A stretch of 63,784 nucleotides of DNA, counting the filler, from Collodictyon triciliatum (taxonomy: Eukaryota): the NCBI GenBank assembly GCA_043381765.1. It is 6 parts of 6 records of this genome, joined end to end, with 100 filler letters (N's around TTAATTAATTAA, not from the genome) between each part and the next. Parts side by side here need not be neighbours in the genome. Positions count along the whole stretch, not along the records: positions 47,758 to 59,585 come from JBHJMP010002302.1; positions 59,686 to 63,784 come from JBHJMP010002353.1; 4 more parts are not named here. One strand, given 5' to 3'. The notes under the pieces were generated by a model that saw only the letters and a program-made list of their open reading frames with translations, was not told the origin of the DNA and made no database searches. The position numbers and the translations under genes are program-made. Shown one piece after another: positions 52,155 to 63,784 of this stretch. Numbering within the stretch: the stretch's first letter is position 1; every line of letters starts with the position of its first letter.

Positions 52155-53607
52155 GGAAAACCCTATGGTTAAAAAAAAAAAAAAAAGGCCAAGAAAAAGG
52201 AGTGATTGGAGGTCTTCCGTCCTTCTGGGATGTAAGCTTCTGAATGTAATCATCTGGCCCGTGTAGACAGGAGCAAGTGGGAAAGGCTCGGGGTGATCAG
52301 GGGACGTCCAAGGATCGCAAGGCGGCAAGGTTTCCGGGCGTGATTTTTGCTGATTTGATCCAACCGCGAAGGAACCTCAAACCGCAAAGTATAATTTACA
52401 TGTCTGGAATATATTACATAAGCAATATTTTTATTTGATTGTAGCACTCAAAATGTAATATCAACAATAATAAATTATTTTGCTGTATTCAATTACAAAA
52501 TCCTAAGAATAGTTGAAAGGATTATGGTCTTGGTTCTATATGAGGCAGGAGTTTGCTGCTGGCGGAACGACAATTAGCCGACCTTACTCCATATTAGGAA
52601 TACGAAAAATCCGGGTTTCACTGAAAAGTTGGCCGAGAGCGACCAAAACTGGCATTGGAAAAAAACCTTTGTCCAAGAATGGTGCAAGTGACGAACATAG
52701 GTAAGACGTTGGGATATCCATATTCGGTTAGAAATGAAAAATCAATGGGTTAAACTGGCCGCGGTTATGGTGAATGTCTTTGTTCTTTCAAATTTTCCTT
52801 TCCAATTCCAGAACTCTTTGGAATATTTTGGTTTCCCAACGTGTAACGACCTGGAAATCTCTATTTGGGTTCTCAGAAAGCAGACAAAATAAGTGTATGT
52901 TTTGATTTTTCGTCATTTTTGATCATTGATTTTTTTCGTTTTTCTTTGTTTTTTTTCGTTCTCCTTTTTGGGCCATTACACAAGTAAAACCTCAAGCAAC
53001 TATATAACAGAACCCACGAACCTGCCAACGCAGTCATTTACGCAAGCCAATGCCACTAGGAGGACGCAATTCTGGCCAGTCACCCAATGGCATGAGCGCG
53101 TTGTCCATTCAAAAACCCTCCGCCCAACAACCCAAGCCATCCGCTTCTGTATGGGGTGGTTGGGGTTTCCTCGACAGAGCAGGTAAAGGCGCGTCCTGAA
53201 TTGCCCCAGCCATCAACCATCAACCAAGCGGTTCAGTCCAGCTGGCTATTGTGCTCAATCGAATCACAACGGAGGAAGCCACCGCGGGATAGAGAGATGC
53301 TTCAGACACAGTATAGAATAGAGAGAGGGTGACCTTGAGTAGGGGGATAGCCGAACAATACTCATACCGACACACACACACATACGCACACACATACGCA
53401 CACACATTCGTTCTGTCCATACCTCCCACGCCATTCAGCACAAAGCTTGCGATTCTGAGCCACCAACCACGACCCAGACTCGATCAGAAGGGCCCGTGTT
53501 TGTGTATGTGTGTGTGTGGTTGCTTTTGTTTTGTGTTGCGAATCGTGCCGCTTTCAAAGCGAAGCAGATCTGAACCGCATATTTGCCCTGTGCAGAAACC
53601 ACGCCCG

Positions 53608-54756
53608 ATGAATCAGAACAGCACACCGACGAGCGACCCGGCCGCATACTCTGTACACGTGGCAGCCAATCTAATGCACAAACTCATGCGCGGAACATCC
53701 ATGGGCCACATAGAGCGGGGACTTGTCGCCTCCAGCAACAGCAGCAACAGCAGCAACAGCAGTAGCAGCAGCAATAGCCGAGGCGCAAACGACGACACAG
53801 ACACTGACACAGACGTCGATGGCAATACGGAGACACAGACAGAGTCAGAGGAGTCGCCGGGACTGCTGCCCTCCTTCAGCATGTCCTTCCCGCCCGAAAC
53901 CCACCCTGCCGCCACAGCCTTCTTCCTGCCGCCCATACAGCTTCTGCCACAGCCACAGCCACAGCCACAGCCACAGCTTCTGCCACAGCCACAGCCACAA
54001 CTCCAACCACAGCCCCACGAGCGCAGCAGCGGGCGACCGAGCAGCAGGCCGTACCGGCTAGACAACATTCGCCCGTCCAAATACGTGGAGAAGCAGCAGC
54101 AACAGCGACAGCGAGAACAGCAGCTACTGCAGACACGGACACCGGCACCGGCACCGACAATATCGACAGCACCGACAGCAGCAAGCAAACGAGCGGAGAG
54201 TACAGGGATGGTACGGTACTTTGTCGAGGAGCCCAGGAGCGAGAGCACAGCGTGGGGACCGAGACAAGGGACAGAGGGCTGGGCAGCAAACGGAAGCGCA
54301 AATGCGGCCATGAATGGAATAACAATTGCAAGTGCAAGTCCAAATGCAAACGGAAACGGAAACGGAAATGGAGGGGGCGGGCCAAGCAGCGGGACGGGGA
54401 CAACCAAGGGGGTGAAGCCGTTCATCCAGTTCTGCAACCGGATGCGACCGGTGCTGCGGCGCGAACACCCGTTCATCTCCAACAAGGAGCTGATGAAGCT
54501 GATTGGGCAGCGGTGGATGCAGCTGAGCTCGGCCGAGAAGCTGCAGTACCACCGCACTGCCCCGACAGGCAGCCTCTCCTTCTTCGACGTGACCTCCGAC
54601 ATGCCCATGGTCTTCCGCCGCAGGGAGATCCACGCCAGCAGCGCCCCTCTCAACACCAACATGAACACAAACGCTAATGCCAATGGCAATGCTAATGCTA
54701 ATGCCGCCTTCCACCCGGCCCGGTTCATCGCCTACCCGACCCCCTCTGTCCTGTGA
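53608..54756 (+). CDS. Single HMG-box protein with low-complexity regions; an upstream exon near 53050-53182 is possible
   Basis: PFIQFCNRMRPVLRREHPFISNKELMKLIGQRWMQLSSAEKLQY. Confidence 0.85.
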   Translation: MNQNSTPTSDPAAYSVHVAANLMHKLMRGTSMGHIERGLVASSNSSNSSNSSSSSNSRGANDDTDTDTDVDGNTETQTESEESPGLLPSFSMSFPPETHPAATAFFLPPIQLLPQPQPQPQPQLLPQPQPQLQPQPHERSSGRPSSRPYRLDNIRPSKYVEKQQQQRQREQQLLQTRTPAPAPTISTAPTAASKRAESTGMVRYFVEEPRSESTAWGPRQGTEGWAANGSANAAMNGITIASASPNANGNGNGNGGGGPSSGTGTTKGVKPFIQFCNRMRPVLRREHPFISNKELMKLIGQRWMQLSSAEKLQYHRTAPTGSLSFFDVTSDMPMVFRRREIHASSAPLNTNMNTNANANGNANANAAFHPARFIAYPTPSVL

Positions 54757-55058
54757 CCTCTCCCTGTACCACACCGTTATCCAGACACATAAGCACACAA
54801 CCACATAAACAAACACGCACATGCCACCCGATCCGCGACGCATCCAAAAGCCCACCACACACGCATGACAACAAAACACGCCACCTGTCACCCGCGACTA
54901 CACAGATCCCAACCAACATGGAGAATTTCTGCCACTCCCTTTTTTTTTTTTTTTCATCCTTCCTTCCCTCGCTCCCTCTGCGCGCCTTCGCGTGAGCCGT
55001 GCGCTGACCGCGGCGATCTGCCCCGCATAGGGAAGAGACAGGGCAGGCAGCAGCGGGG

Positions 55059-56531
55059 ATGTCGCGGGCGTCGGTGTATCTGGAGTCGATCGAGCTTGCC
55101 AGCGACGAGGAAGAGTTTCTGAGCCGAGCGGAGCGGCGGGGAGACGAGACGCAGACGCAGACGGAGGCGGAGGCGGAGGCGGAGACGGACGACGGAGGGT
55201 TCGTGGTGGTGGCGGAGGAGGCGGACGGGCGGTGGGGGGCGGAGGGCGAGTGGGGCTGGGCGGTGGTGCGGGCGTGCGTGCTGCCGGGGGCGGAGGGGCA
55301 CGCGGCGGGGGCGGGGGCGGACGAGGCCGGGGCGGACGAGGCGCAGACGGGGATCCCGGAGGAGGAGGTGCGGCGGCTGCAGGCCAACGCGGCGGACGCG
55401 GAGCAGCAGCAGCACATGCAGCGGGCGCAGCAGCAGCAGCAGCAGGGGCACGTGCAGCGCGTGCGCGAGATCGAGCGGGAGGCGGCGCTGGCATACGCGG
55501 CACTGGCGGCCGGGGCGGGGGCGGGCGATCGCGAGGCAGCCCTGCACGCGGCCCACTTTGCGTTCCACGGCGTCGGCACGGATGCGGACGAGGCTCGCGC
55601 GCGGGGGCTGATCGACCAGGCCGTGGGCACAGGCGCAGATGGTGATGCGGAGGCGGAGGCGGAGGCGGATGCGTGGGCACACTTTGTGGCCGGGTGCGAG
55701 GCCTTTGCCACGGGCCGCAGCCTCCGCGCGCTGACCCACCTGCTCGCGTCCGCCCTGCACGACCCCGGCCTCGTCTGCCCCCTCGTCGCCCTGCGCATGC
55801 TCTACCTGCAGCACCCCCACCTCGTCCCCACCCCCCGCGTGCAGCACCCCACCCGCCGCATCGTCGCCCTCATCCGCGCCGCCCCGCCCCGCGCCCACGC
55901 CCGCTCCGTCCGCAGCCTCCACGCGCTCGCCCTCGGCGGGGCACAGCCACAGCAACAGCCACAGCCACAGCCACAGCCACAGCCACAGCCGCGCCCCTCT
56001 CTCGTGCAGCACCTCGCCGCCGCCCTCCTCGCCTCCTGCTACTACCACGGCTGGGGGGTGGCCCGCGACCGCCTCTTTGCCGTCCGCCTCTACCTCGCCC
56101 CCGCGCACCACGGCCTCTCCTGTGCGCAGAATAATCTCGGCAACGCGTATCTCGACCCGGCCTATGCCTACGATGCTCGCCAGGCCGCCCCCGCGCACGG
56201 CGCCCCCGCCAGTCTGGTCGATGCCTACAAATGGTATGCTCGGGCTGCAAAGCAGGGCCATGCCGCCGCCCAGACAAACATCGGCGTCTGCTACTACTAT
56301 GGATACGGCGTCCCCGTCGATGCAAAGCGCGCCGTCGCGTGGTTCAGGCGTGCTGCTCGTCAGGGCGATGGCCGTGCCTATGCAAATCTTGCGGCATGCT
56401 ACTATCTCGCACGAGGGGTCGACAAAAACATCCCTTATGCTAAAAAACTCTTCCAGTCTGCTTCCTATGCTGGAAATCTTCAGGCCGAGGCGCATCTCGA
56501 CAAGCTCGAAACATCTTGCTTTCTTCAATGA
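55059..56531 (+). CDS. Sel1-like repeat protein, intronless, GC-rich
   Basis: AQNNLGNAY; AYKWYARAAKQGHAAAQTNIGVCYYYGYGVPVDAKRAVAWFRRAARQG. Confidence 0.9.
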   Translation: MSRASVYLESIELASDEEEFLSRAERRGDETQTQTEAEAEAETDDGGFVVVAEEADGRWGAEGEWGWAVVRACVLPGAEGHAAGAGADEAGADEAQTGIPEEEVRRLQANAADAEQQQHMQRAQQQQQQGHVQRVREIEREAALAYAALAAGAGAGDREAALHAAHFAFHGVGTDADEARARGLIDQAVGTGADGDAEAEAEADAWAHFVAGCEAFATGRSLRALTHLLASALHDPGLVCPLVALRMLYLQHPHLVPTPRVQHPTRRIVALIRAAPPRAHARSVRSLHALALGGAQPQQQPQPQPQPQPQPRPSLVQHLAAALLASCYYHGWGVARDRLFAVRLYLAPAHHGLSCAQNNLGNAYLDPAYAYDARQAAPAHGAPASLVDAYKWYARAAKQGHAAAQTNIGVCYYYGYGVPVDAKRAVAWFRRAARQGDGRAYANLAACYYLARGVDKNIPYAKKLFQSASYAGNLQAEAHLDKLETSCFLQ

Positions 56532-57180
56532 CGGGAAGAAGAAGAAGAAGAAGAAGAAAAAAACCAACCACCGCCATTTTTTTTTAAAAAAACAAAAAGG
56601 TGATAGCTTTTTTTTTCTCCATTTCGTTCTTTTTTTTTTTAACCTTTCCTCTCGTCTCATTACCTCTTCTCTTCAAAGGACATATATTTCACTCTCTCTT
56701 TATCCCTTGGCATCGTTTCATACTCTATTTAATTATGTGATTTTTAATATGCACCCGCAATCGTACAAAACTCATTACATACTTATCTTACATATATATG
56801 AATATATCCATTTTCTTATTGCCCAACAAATTCCAAGTATCCTCCTTTACTCACACATAAGAACTGCATCTAGATTTTATATCCTGCTCTCTCTCGTGGA
56901 TATCTTCTAGAGTCATTCCTGTGCCACTAGTTGTGATTCGCCAGTTTGCTCTGCGTGATTTTACTCCACCAATCCAATCACCAGATATAATATATCCTTT
57001 CTTTTATCTTTTGAATAATAAACCATCACAACCAACCTTATCCACTGCGTCTCTCTTTCAAACAATCTTACACCTATTACAGTCTTAGCCTTCTACCCCG
57101 CCCATTGCGTTGATGTTCCTATTTTTTTTTTTTTATTTATTAATCTTATAGTTGTTGTTTTGTTTTGGACAGTTCTTTAT

Positions 57181-58007
57181 TTACTGGGGAGTAGCGGCAC
57201 TAGTGGCAGCAGTGCCTTTCTTTGCCAATGCGTCCTTCACAGCTCCCTTGATGGCATCCTCGGCGAGCATGGAACAATGCAGCTTCACAGGTGGCAGCGA
57301 AAGATAGCTGGCGATGTCCGAGTTTTTGATTTGTAGGCATTCCTCGAGAGATTTTCCCTTGAGCCACTCCGCCGCAACAGAGCTGCTGGCTATGGCTGAC
57401 CCGCAACCAAACACTTTGAAGCGTGTGTCGACGACCTGGCCGTTTTCGTCAACCTGGGGGGTAAACTTGGGGTTACTGTACAGAAGACCAGAGCAGAGAA
57501 TAAAGTGCGGAGTTAAGGAAAGGAAAACGAAGGAAAAGAACGACAGGCAAAAAAATGGGCGGAAGTTGCACTCATGGAAGGTCTTCCGACGGGAGAATTG
57601 CCCGTATTGTGCATATTATTCCAAACTTGTTGGGAGAGGCCAGAGAAAAGATCGAAGGCAGACAATAAAAAAAATAAAAAAAAATAAAAAAAATAAAAAA
57701 AAAATAAAAAAAATAAAAAAATAAAAAAAATAAAAAAATAAAAAAAATAAAAAAATAAAAAAAATAAAAAAAATAAAAAAGATAATCGAGTAGTGTAGCA
57801 GCCAAAGGGAGAGATAATCTGAACCTTAATCTGCAGCTTCATCACATCCCCACAACTCGGCGCACCCACAACAGCAGTGCCAACACTCGGGTCGTTCTTA
57901 TCAAAGGAGCCAACGTTGCGGGGATTTTCAAAGTGATCAATGACATTCTTGTGGTACTTTGCGACTCCAACTGTGTTGCGGGTGAATACACGAGTAGCTG
58001 CGAGCAT
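57181..58007 (-). CDS. ISCU: Mitochondrial iron-sulfur cluster scaffold IscU/Isu1, one intron (57454-57824)
   Basis: Presequence-like N-terminus; YHKNVIDHFENPRNVGS; GAPSCGDVMKLQIK; FGCGSAIASSS; LPPVKLHCSMLAEDAI. Confidence 0.97.
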
Positions 58008-59350
58008 CTTGCCTCCTTCTTGTCTGTTTCTTTCCTAGTGCTGTTCGAATACGGGTGTTGATCTCTGTGTAGTGACCTGACTCTGGGATAAGGTTCGTGC
58101 TTACTGTTTGCCGATTGATCTGATGGGGCTCTGGCTGCGGAATCATCTTGCGTTGTTGGGCGCGTGTGATATGCAGGCTCTGTCCAGTTTTGTTTGCACG
58201 TGCTACATACAAATGCGGAAAACTAATGAATTGCAGTATTTTAGTTCTCTTGCAGCATCGTGGGCCATATATTTCGTTAAATACTGATAATTGTGCTTTG
58301 AATCGAATAAAGGAAAAAAAAATACTGATAATTGTGCATATTCCTAAAACTAGACTAGTTATTTACTTTTGAAATTATCCTTAGATATGAACAAATATGC
58401 GGAGGAAGCCAGGACAGAGTCGCATCACCTCCACAATAGGGCAATAGATTGTTCAGCCACATAAAATCGTCATCGCGCCACGAATCGAAGCAGGCACCCT
58501 CAACTTCGTGCATGCCCAGGCCAGATGCGTGATTCTGCGATCAGTTACCACACTTGCAGCTCTTGCCGTCTTGCGCTTTATCCCTCCTACCACACAATTA
58601 TTTGTTGTTTATTCTTTTTTTTTTTCACTTCCCCTTTTCCATTTCCCCCTTTTCCATTTCCCCTTTTCCATTTCCCCCTTTTCCATTCCTTTTCTATTTC
58701 GTATTCCATATTATTTTTCTTTTCTTTCTATTTTCATTGGATTTGAATTGCTTTCATATTTCTTTTTTTCGCTCACCTTACTCTGAATATGTTTATATAT
58801 CTAATTAATTATTTGCTTCTTTAATTTGGGATAGCCAAATATTGGCGCTAGAAGTCAAGAAAATCAACTGTCGATAAACTTTATTGCTGTAATTTTTTTT
58901 TTTTTATCATTTATCATTTATTATTATCATTATTTAGAAAAATTCATATAATTGTTGGACAAATCAACTTGAGAGTAATTAGGCTTGAAAATCATTCAGC
59001 AGTGGAGATTGAATGAAAAAAATAAGTTAAATAAACAGCTACACGAATCGCAATTGCTTCTTTGATATTAGTTTAAACATTCAGCATTGAATCGAATAAA
59101 AGAAAGTAAAAGACATATAGTATTTAATACCACGTATTACATATGCGAAGAAGCTATTTTTACATATTCATTTAGAACAAGAAGGAATCATTTATTCTCG
59201 TAGCGAGAGTGGTAGATGTAATCGAACAGAAACCAATAGCCAAAACCATACAACCAAAACATATTATAATGACCGATGGAATCAACTTTTTTTTTCTAAT
59301 CAGCCATTCACACACTAGCTCGGCCTAATTATTGCACACGTTTTTCACCA

Positions 59351-59585
59351 AAACACACAAAACACACAAAACACACAAAACACACAAAACACACAAAACA
59401 CACAAAACACACAAAACACACAAAAGAAACAAAAGAAACAAAAGAAACAAAAGAAACAAAAGAAACAAAAGAAACAAAAGAAACAAAAGAAACAAAAGAA
59501 ACAAAAGAAACAAAAGAAACAAAAGAAACAAAAGAAACAAAAGAAACAAAAGAAACAAAAGAAACAAAAGAAACAAAAGAAACAA
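59351..59585. repeat. Compound (AAAACACAC)n-(AAAAGAAAC)n repeat at segment end
   Basis: Direct reading of the sequence. Confidence 0.95.
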
Positions 59586-59685
59586 NNNNNNNNNNNNNNN
59601 NNNNNNNNNNNNNNNNNNNNNNNNNNNNNTTAATTAATTAANNNNNNNNNNNNNNNNNNNNNNNNNNNNNNNNNNNNNNNNNNNN
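59586..59685. other. Assembly linker
   Basis: 44N + TTAATTAATTAA + 44N. Confidence 0.97.
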
Positions 59686-59735
59686 TGTTTACTTGTTTGT
59701 TTACTTGTTTGTTTACTTGTTTCTTTGTTTTGCAG

Positions 59736-59862
59736 GCACCCACCCACAAATTCGGAAACAGTGTGGTATGAGATATCACTGATTCGTGAGCCGCGCAAAC
59801 AATCGCACTTGGAAATCTCATCATTTGAAGAATTGATCAAAAAGTATCAGCAAGAACGGTGA
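59736..59862 (+). CDS. Possible terminal coding exon of a truncated unknown gene
   Basis: T-rich tract and GCAG acceptor, then HPPTNSETVWYEISLIREPRKQSHLEISSFEELIKKYQQER*. Confidence 0.3.
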
Positions 59863-60796
59863 CACCAGGTATGCCCCACCATTATGTTTTTGATGAGTAG
59901 CTGAACTAAAATTTCCAACCATCATAACCAAAGTGACACGCTTTGGCATCGGCCTCTTCAATTGCTCAAATACATCTCCACAATTTGCGAATAGGTTGTT
60001 CAATTACTGGTTTTATCAATTGGAAAGCAGCTTGGCAATCGATGTATTCGGTAAATTCCCCTGACCATCATATTAAAGAAAAAACCACTCGAGAACCCTC
60101 CGTGAACTGGTCAACTTGCCCTTTGTTTGTTTGTTTGTTTGTTTGTTTGTTGGTTGGTTGGTTGGTTGGTTGGTTGGTTGGTTGGTTGGTTGGTTGGTTG
60201 GTTGGTTGGTTGGTTGGTTGGTTTCTTTTTTTCTTCTTTTCTTCATACGGCATATCGACTGAAATTGTATTCCTTGAGTCTCTTGCTTTCAAAAAGTAAC
60301 CCTCTGGCTTACTGCAAGTCTGATGAAATTGATACACGTCCAGTTGCTTGATTTTATCTTGTTAATTCATATTTACAACTATATCTAGCATCGCCAATAT
60401 ATATACAGAAAAAAGGAAGGGCATGAATCTTTTCAATTGAACCAAACAAAGTACCCCATATGAATATGAATTCTGCATGCCGCAATATATTTTTTTCTTT
60501 GGGAATATGCTTGGTTGCTCATCCTTTCTAACGTATCGCTTTTTTTTCTTTTCATTGTTTTCTGCTTTGTTTTTTCGTTTCGTTTCTTCACAAGAAAAAA
60601 GCATCCCATAAATATATATATATATATATGTAACCCCAAATTCAGACACCCGCACCAGGAGTCACAATACCACTTGCAAAGGTTGTTTTATACTGCCTTT
60701 CGACTCGATAGTCGGTTACCTCGCAGTAATCAACTATCGATCGAGAATCCCAAAATCGTGACCACTGTGTGGGATATCGCGCAGTGGCAGATTGAA

Positions 60797-63599
60797 TTAG
60801 CACTGACTGGAAAACGCTTCCTCCACAACGCGACCAATCCAGACGGACGGAGCCGGAATCCCGAGTGCGTGGAGAATCGTCGGTGGATAATCTATGGCCG
60901 TGGGATATGTGTTATATGATGGAGTAATGCCGTGATGCAATGCTGATATCAAACTGTGGTGTTGGTTGCCAGACCCATGTTGCGAATGTAGCTGGTCATA
61001 TGGTTTTCTGGGTTGATGCATGGCCCATTCACTATGAAAGGGATGAGTAAACAATCGTTGCTGAAGATGCCATGCGAGCGAAGCTGTCCCCCGTGGTCTG
61101 ATGTGATGATAATCTGATGGGGAGGATGATTTTGTAACATGTGCGATATTAAATGATAAACTCGTCGCCCACAAGACATACTTTGCCTATTGTTATTTGT
61201 GTTTTTCGAGTCCCAATATATTTTGGGATATATATAAAGATAAAGTCGATAACCAGCCTTTTTTACAGGTTGGCAGATATAGCATCATTTATCGAAACAG
61301 CATCAAACCATAGTCTCCTGAATAATTCCCACGCGCTCCAGCGCAGCAATCAGTTGATTCACGAGGCTGTCTGCACGGGTGACTGCGTCGTAGTAGTATT
61401 GCGACCCCCACCCACGCAGGTGTCCAGCAGCGTCGATAATATCATAGTGGATAAACATCAATTCCGGAGGGCCTGGGAAAGAAAAGCTGCGTGGTTTAGA
61501 ATAATATGGGGAAAATCGACATCTACCGCTCAGTTCAATCAGAATTATTCATCAAATGCAATAAAGAGCGACTATGGACTATGTTGTCGTGTCCTCTTTA
61601 TCGCGACAAAAGACTATAAATCATACACCGATCATCAACACTCAGCAATCAACACATGATTTAACAACTGCGTCAGATTCTAAAATTAAAATAAATACAA
61701 AAGCCCTCCACTTGAATCGAATAAAGGGGAGAAACCCCTCAAATATCATTGTACAAATAGTAATAATCATAAGATATAACCCAGATGGGCAGATGGGCAG
61801 ATGGGGAAAATAAATGAATAAATAAAAAACAAAGAAAAACCTCGAGGTGATTCAATAACTTCGATGAACTCGCGAGTTAGCTCGTCGGCATTCCTTTTTT
61901 TTAAAAATAAATAATCATCAGTGTTGCTTCTCATCGCTCATGCATCTATATCAAAAAAAATTGACATGGGAGAATGACTACAATTATGTAGCGGCAGACT
62001 TTAATTTAGATACAGACAAATATTATATGATCGAATTGGCCATAGTATTCCCAACAAAACATGAAAGGCTGATTATTACTTGTTGTAACTGAAGTGGTCG
62101 ATATCATTCATATCTAACAGGCTTAATTTATATTGTTAAAAATGTGTGTATACCTAACCTGAAAAGAAGTGTTTAAATACGCCACATAGCCCTTTCGCTG
62201 CAATCTCATCAGTCACTCAAAAGAAAGAGAGCATTTCACGATCGAACCATATATTCCAAATACAAATACATACTTGATTACAACATCGTGGTCTGTATAC
62301 ATAGCTGTCTTAAGAGTGCTGTTGTACTGCTTCGCAGCGTGGAACATACTGGGAAATAACGTTCCCTTTCCCGTTATTGGGTCCACATCTAGGTGAAGAC
62401 AAATACGAAAAGAGAAAACGTATATCCTTTCATAATAGGGTAATACGATATACCTAAAATTTTCAAGAAACATTGTGTGAAAGCAGAAAAGAATAAATGA
62501 AAAAAACCAGCGGGTTCAGGAGGCGAATCCCAGCCATTGCCATCGATTCCTGTTTCCTATATTTTGTTAAATTATTTACAAAATTATAAACTGATTAATG
62601 TAATCAAAAGGCCTTGGGCAAATAGATTCCAAGCATTAGTCATAATCATATTCATAAGTGTAAGCATCCTGTGAAAATCGCATGCCTCTGGACCAGCTCC
62701 CATGAATATCGCAGACCAATTCGGCTTACTGTCCTGTAAAAGTTGATTTATCATTATATTTGTTTTAAAGGCTCTAGTTAGTGACTTCTTCCGACGAAAA
62801 AAAATATATTAATTTAAATCGCATGAATAAGCACCATGTCATGCCATTTGTTTCAGGCTTATATGATATGATAAAGGAATTATAAATAGTAGATTATGGT
62901 AGTTGGACCAATAAGAGAATAAAGTACCGTAACCATCACCCCGCGAGCCTTAAATTAAAATTATTTTCATTTTCTCAGTTGAAAGGGAGACATCAGATTG
63001 GATTTAATATAAATGAGTATGTGTTCAATGCATCCCAACAATAAGATACTTTAGTAACATAAATATAAATTCAGCTAGAATAGTAAGAAGATGTAAAAGA
63101 AATGAATATGAATATGAAAAATAGAAATACTGAACATATGAAATCTCACATCTAAAGTCCATGAACCACGTTTTGCAAGTCCGTTCAAGACAGGAGGAAG
63201 TGCATCAACTCCGTTAAAATATGGAGATCCGCCCTGGAAAAGGTCAGCCACCGAACAAATAAATGACATACAATGTGAGATAGAAGAAAATGAACGTATG
63301 GATTGATATTGGAAAAAAATTGGATTCCTTAAAAAATGCCCATGTTTTATTTTTATTTCTTGTTTTCATAAGTTCTTTTTTAATTCATCCTTTCAATATG
63401 CGCAAGAAAGCGGGAATGTTTGTATTTCTTGTTTTCTTAAGTTTCTATGAGTTGCAAAGCCACCAACCATTCCGTCCAAGCCAATAGCGAGTACATATTT
63501 CGCAGAACCGAAACCAGAGGAGATTCTGGGAGGGCGCAAAGGAAGTGCCGCCACGAGAGAAAGCAGTAGAAGCACGGAAAAGGCGATCTTTGGATTCAT
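60797..63599 (-). CDS. Secreted alkaline phosphatase superfamily (type I phosphodiesterase/NPP-like) enzyme, multi-exon
   Basis: Signal peptide; VLAIGLDG; MVTDSKPNWSAIFMGAGPE; IIITSDHGG; DYPPTILHALGI. Confidence 0.88.
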
Positions 63600-63684
63600 T
63601 TGTGTGCCTGTAGTACTTCAACTCCTAAAAGCAAATTGTTGTGGGAGTAGAGATATTGAATCAAGCGCAGATTTTTTTCATTTC

Positions 63685-63784
63685 CTTTTATTGTCTTTTA
63701 TTGTCTTTTATTGTCTTTTATTGTCTTTTATTGTCTTTTATTGTCTTTTATTGTCTTTTATTGTCTTTTATTGTCTTTTATTGT
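63685..63784. repeat. 10-bp tandem repeat (TTGTCTTTTA)n
   Basis: Direct reading of the sequence. Confidence 0.95.

Noticed and set aside
54725-56910. Long antisense and alternate-frame ORFs over the Sel1 gene (also over the HMG and pseudokinase genes)
   Set aside because: Expected from stop-codon scarcity in GC-rich sequence; the translations are low-complexity with no motifs.

Overview
Eukaryotic DNA with spliceosomal introns and the standard genetic code. It probably comes from a microbial eukaryote with a flagellum/cilium (meckelin) and mitochondria (ISCU); the organism cannot be identified from sequence alone. The window is not one locus. Five identical 100-nt linkers (44 N + TTAATTAATTAA + 44 N) join six segments, and the five complete ones are all 11,828-11,843 bp, which suggests size-sorted unplaced scaffolds. 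About 20 genes can be read: THH1/TOM1-like, a spliced pseudokinase-WD40 gene, MORN-repeat, FG-GAP propeller, CCDC130, a GT8+GT64 fusion, a micro-exon surface-protein gene, SAYSD1 with two SEC-C motifs, TTC27, NAP1/SET, GT92, meckelin, ELO elongase, KCR, TM2D1, HMG-box, Sel1-repeat, ISCU, an alkaline-phosphatase-superfamily enzyme and a few orphans. Microsatellites are very dense. The most striking item is a type I membrane protein whose Pro/Arg/Ser/Thr stalk is built from 13 consecutive frame-preserving phase-1 mini-exons, some of them recently duplicated with their introns. All family calls come from motif recognition by eye and gene models from manual splice-site reading; no database search was run.
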